64,000 bases of DNA from Chrysomallon squamiferum (Eukaryota > Animalia > Mollusca), in NCBI GenBank assembly GCA_012295275.1, contig CM022670.1, positions 39,928,001 through 39,992,000 of the forward strand. Reading direction: 5' to 3'. Positions within the stretch are counted from its first letter, which is position 1; each line of letters begins with the position of its first letter. Shown in pieces: positions 62,812 through 64,000 of the stretch. A model generated the notes under the pieces. It saw nothing but the letters and a program-made list of their open reading frames with translations, searched no databases and was not told the origin of the DNA. The position numbers were made by a program, and so were the translations under genes.

Positions 62812-63542
62812 TATTTTTGTATTTATTTTATTTAATAAAATTTAATTTAATTTAAATTATTTATTTACATTACTTACTTAAATACTTATTTATTTTTATT
62901 ATTAAACATTCAATTGTTGTTGTTGTTATAATCTTTTTTTGAAAAAGCATTGACCAAATACAGTTATTCAAACAGTCAACTGTTGATCCTTTACAAAAAT
63001 AATGATCGTAACGATTCTGAACTGGGATTAATGTGATTTAACGAGATAAAAAAAAAACGATCAAGTTTAATTTCTCTGCAGAGTGCGTATTAAATAGTTC
63101 TTCGTATTATTAACACGACTTGGTAAATGATTTCAGATCTACGCGAAGGTGCATGCAGATACAATTCATTTTCTGGTATCTTATGGTAACTTACGGAATT
63201 GCTTTCTCACGTCATTATTATCTAAATCTCTAACAACCATATTTGCTTTTTCCAGAAACTTCTGCTGAACAGTTTGAATGCAGCTTCAACGAAACGTGCA
63301 AAAGCGTGAATGGCAGCCTCACCGTCATCAACGGCAAAGTAATTTGTTGTTTGAATGGTCGGGTTCCGCTGGTAAACGTAATTAATGGCACCATGTCCTG
63401 CACGTGCGATCCGAAAATGACGATGACGGCAAAAGAAGCCTCGATTTTCCTTAGAATAATGATCGAGACTGAGGCGCGACGCATTGAAAACGAGATACAA
63501 GACTCGATTAGAAATATGGAACGTTTGATGAATTCTTTTTAA
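61127..63542 (+). CDS. Small secreted Cys-rich protein B3 (120 aa), nearly identical to B2
   Basis: Exons 61127-61153, 62589-62637, 63256-63542. Confidence 0.87.
61441..61599 (+). pseudogene. A-like relic exon (C3) inside B3 intron 1
   Basis: Near-identical to C1/C2; a TGA>TGG change extends the frame by 7 codons. Confidence 0.7.
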
Positions 63543-64000
63543 AAAAAAACCAGAACACAAAACAAAAATAATAAAGCTTAGCAGTTACAAATGTTTATTA
63601 ATTATTTTTCTGTAGTAGTAGTAGTAGTAATGTCACGATGACTAGTCTGAGTGGTATTACTACCTAAAATTAGGGTAGCAGACTATAACAGCGTCACGTG
63701 ACACGGTGTTAATTATCTGAGACAGCTTAAACTACTAAATGACTATTCTGTATCCACTAGAGAACAACAACACAGACACGAATTCAGTATGGACAATTGG
63801 TATATATATATGTATGTATGTATGTATTTAGTTTACACAAATCAACCCGAAAGAGTCATATATAGTTATATAGTTAAATCTTACGGTTCGACGATATGTT
63901 ATGAAAGCAAACAGTGTTGACAAATAATACAAAACCAATTCAGCCCAGTTGATTACTTGATCTTTCTAGATACTCTTTTTAATTATTAAAATACATTAAC

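Overview
AT-rich, microsatellite-dense, intron-rich animal genomic DNA (invertebrate; mollusc-like by repeat content, which is an inference). The left 37 kb holds three conserved spliced genes that I reconstructed exon by exon: the 5' part of SLC35B3/PAPST2 (minus strand), head-to-head with a complete 20-exon THOC1 (plus), then a complete 20-exon choline transporter-like SLC44A1/CTL1 (plus). The right 22 kb is an accessory tandem array of a ~8-9 kb unit present about three times. Each unit carries two related small secreted proteins on the plus strand (here A and B: signal peptide, C-x5-C-x15-CC-x16-CxC domain, amphipathic helical tail; A has a variable 11-residue repeat). Each unit also has an A-like relic exon inside B's first intron and, convergently on the minus strand, a 4-exon 395-aa cGAS-like (Mab-21/cGLR) nucleotidyltransferase with an intact catalytic motif: two intact copies, one truncated copy, and probably another beyond the window edge. 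Paralogs differ almost only at non-synonymous sites while adjacent introns are nearly identical. Several intronic minisatellites are amplifications of splice-site sequence, and two copies of a MITE with 5-bp TSDs are present. All alignments and counts were done by eye.
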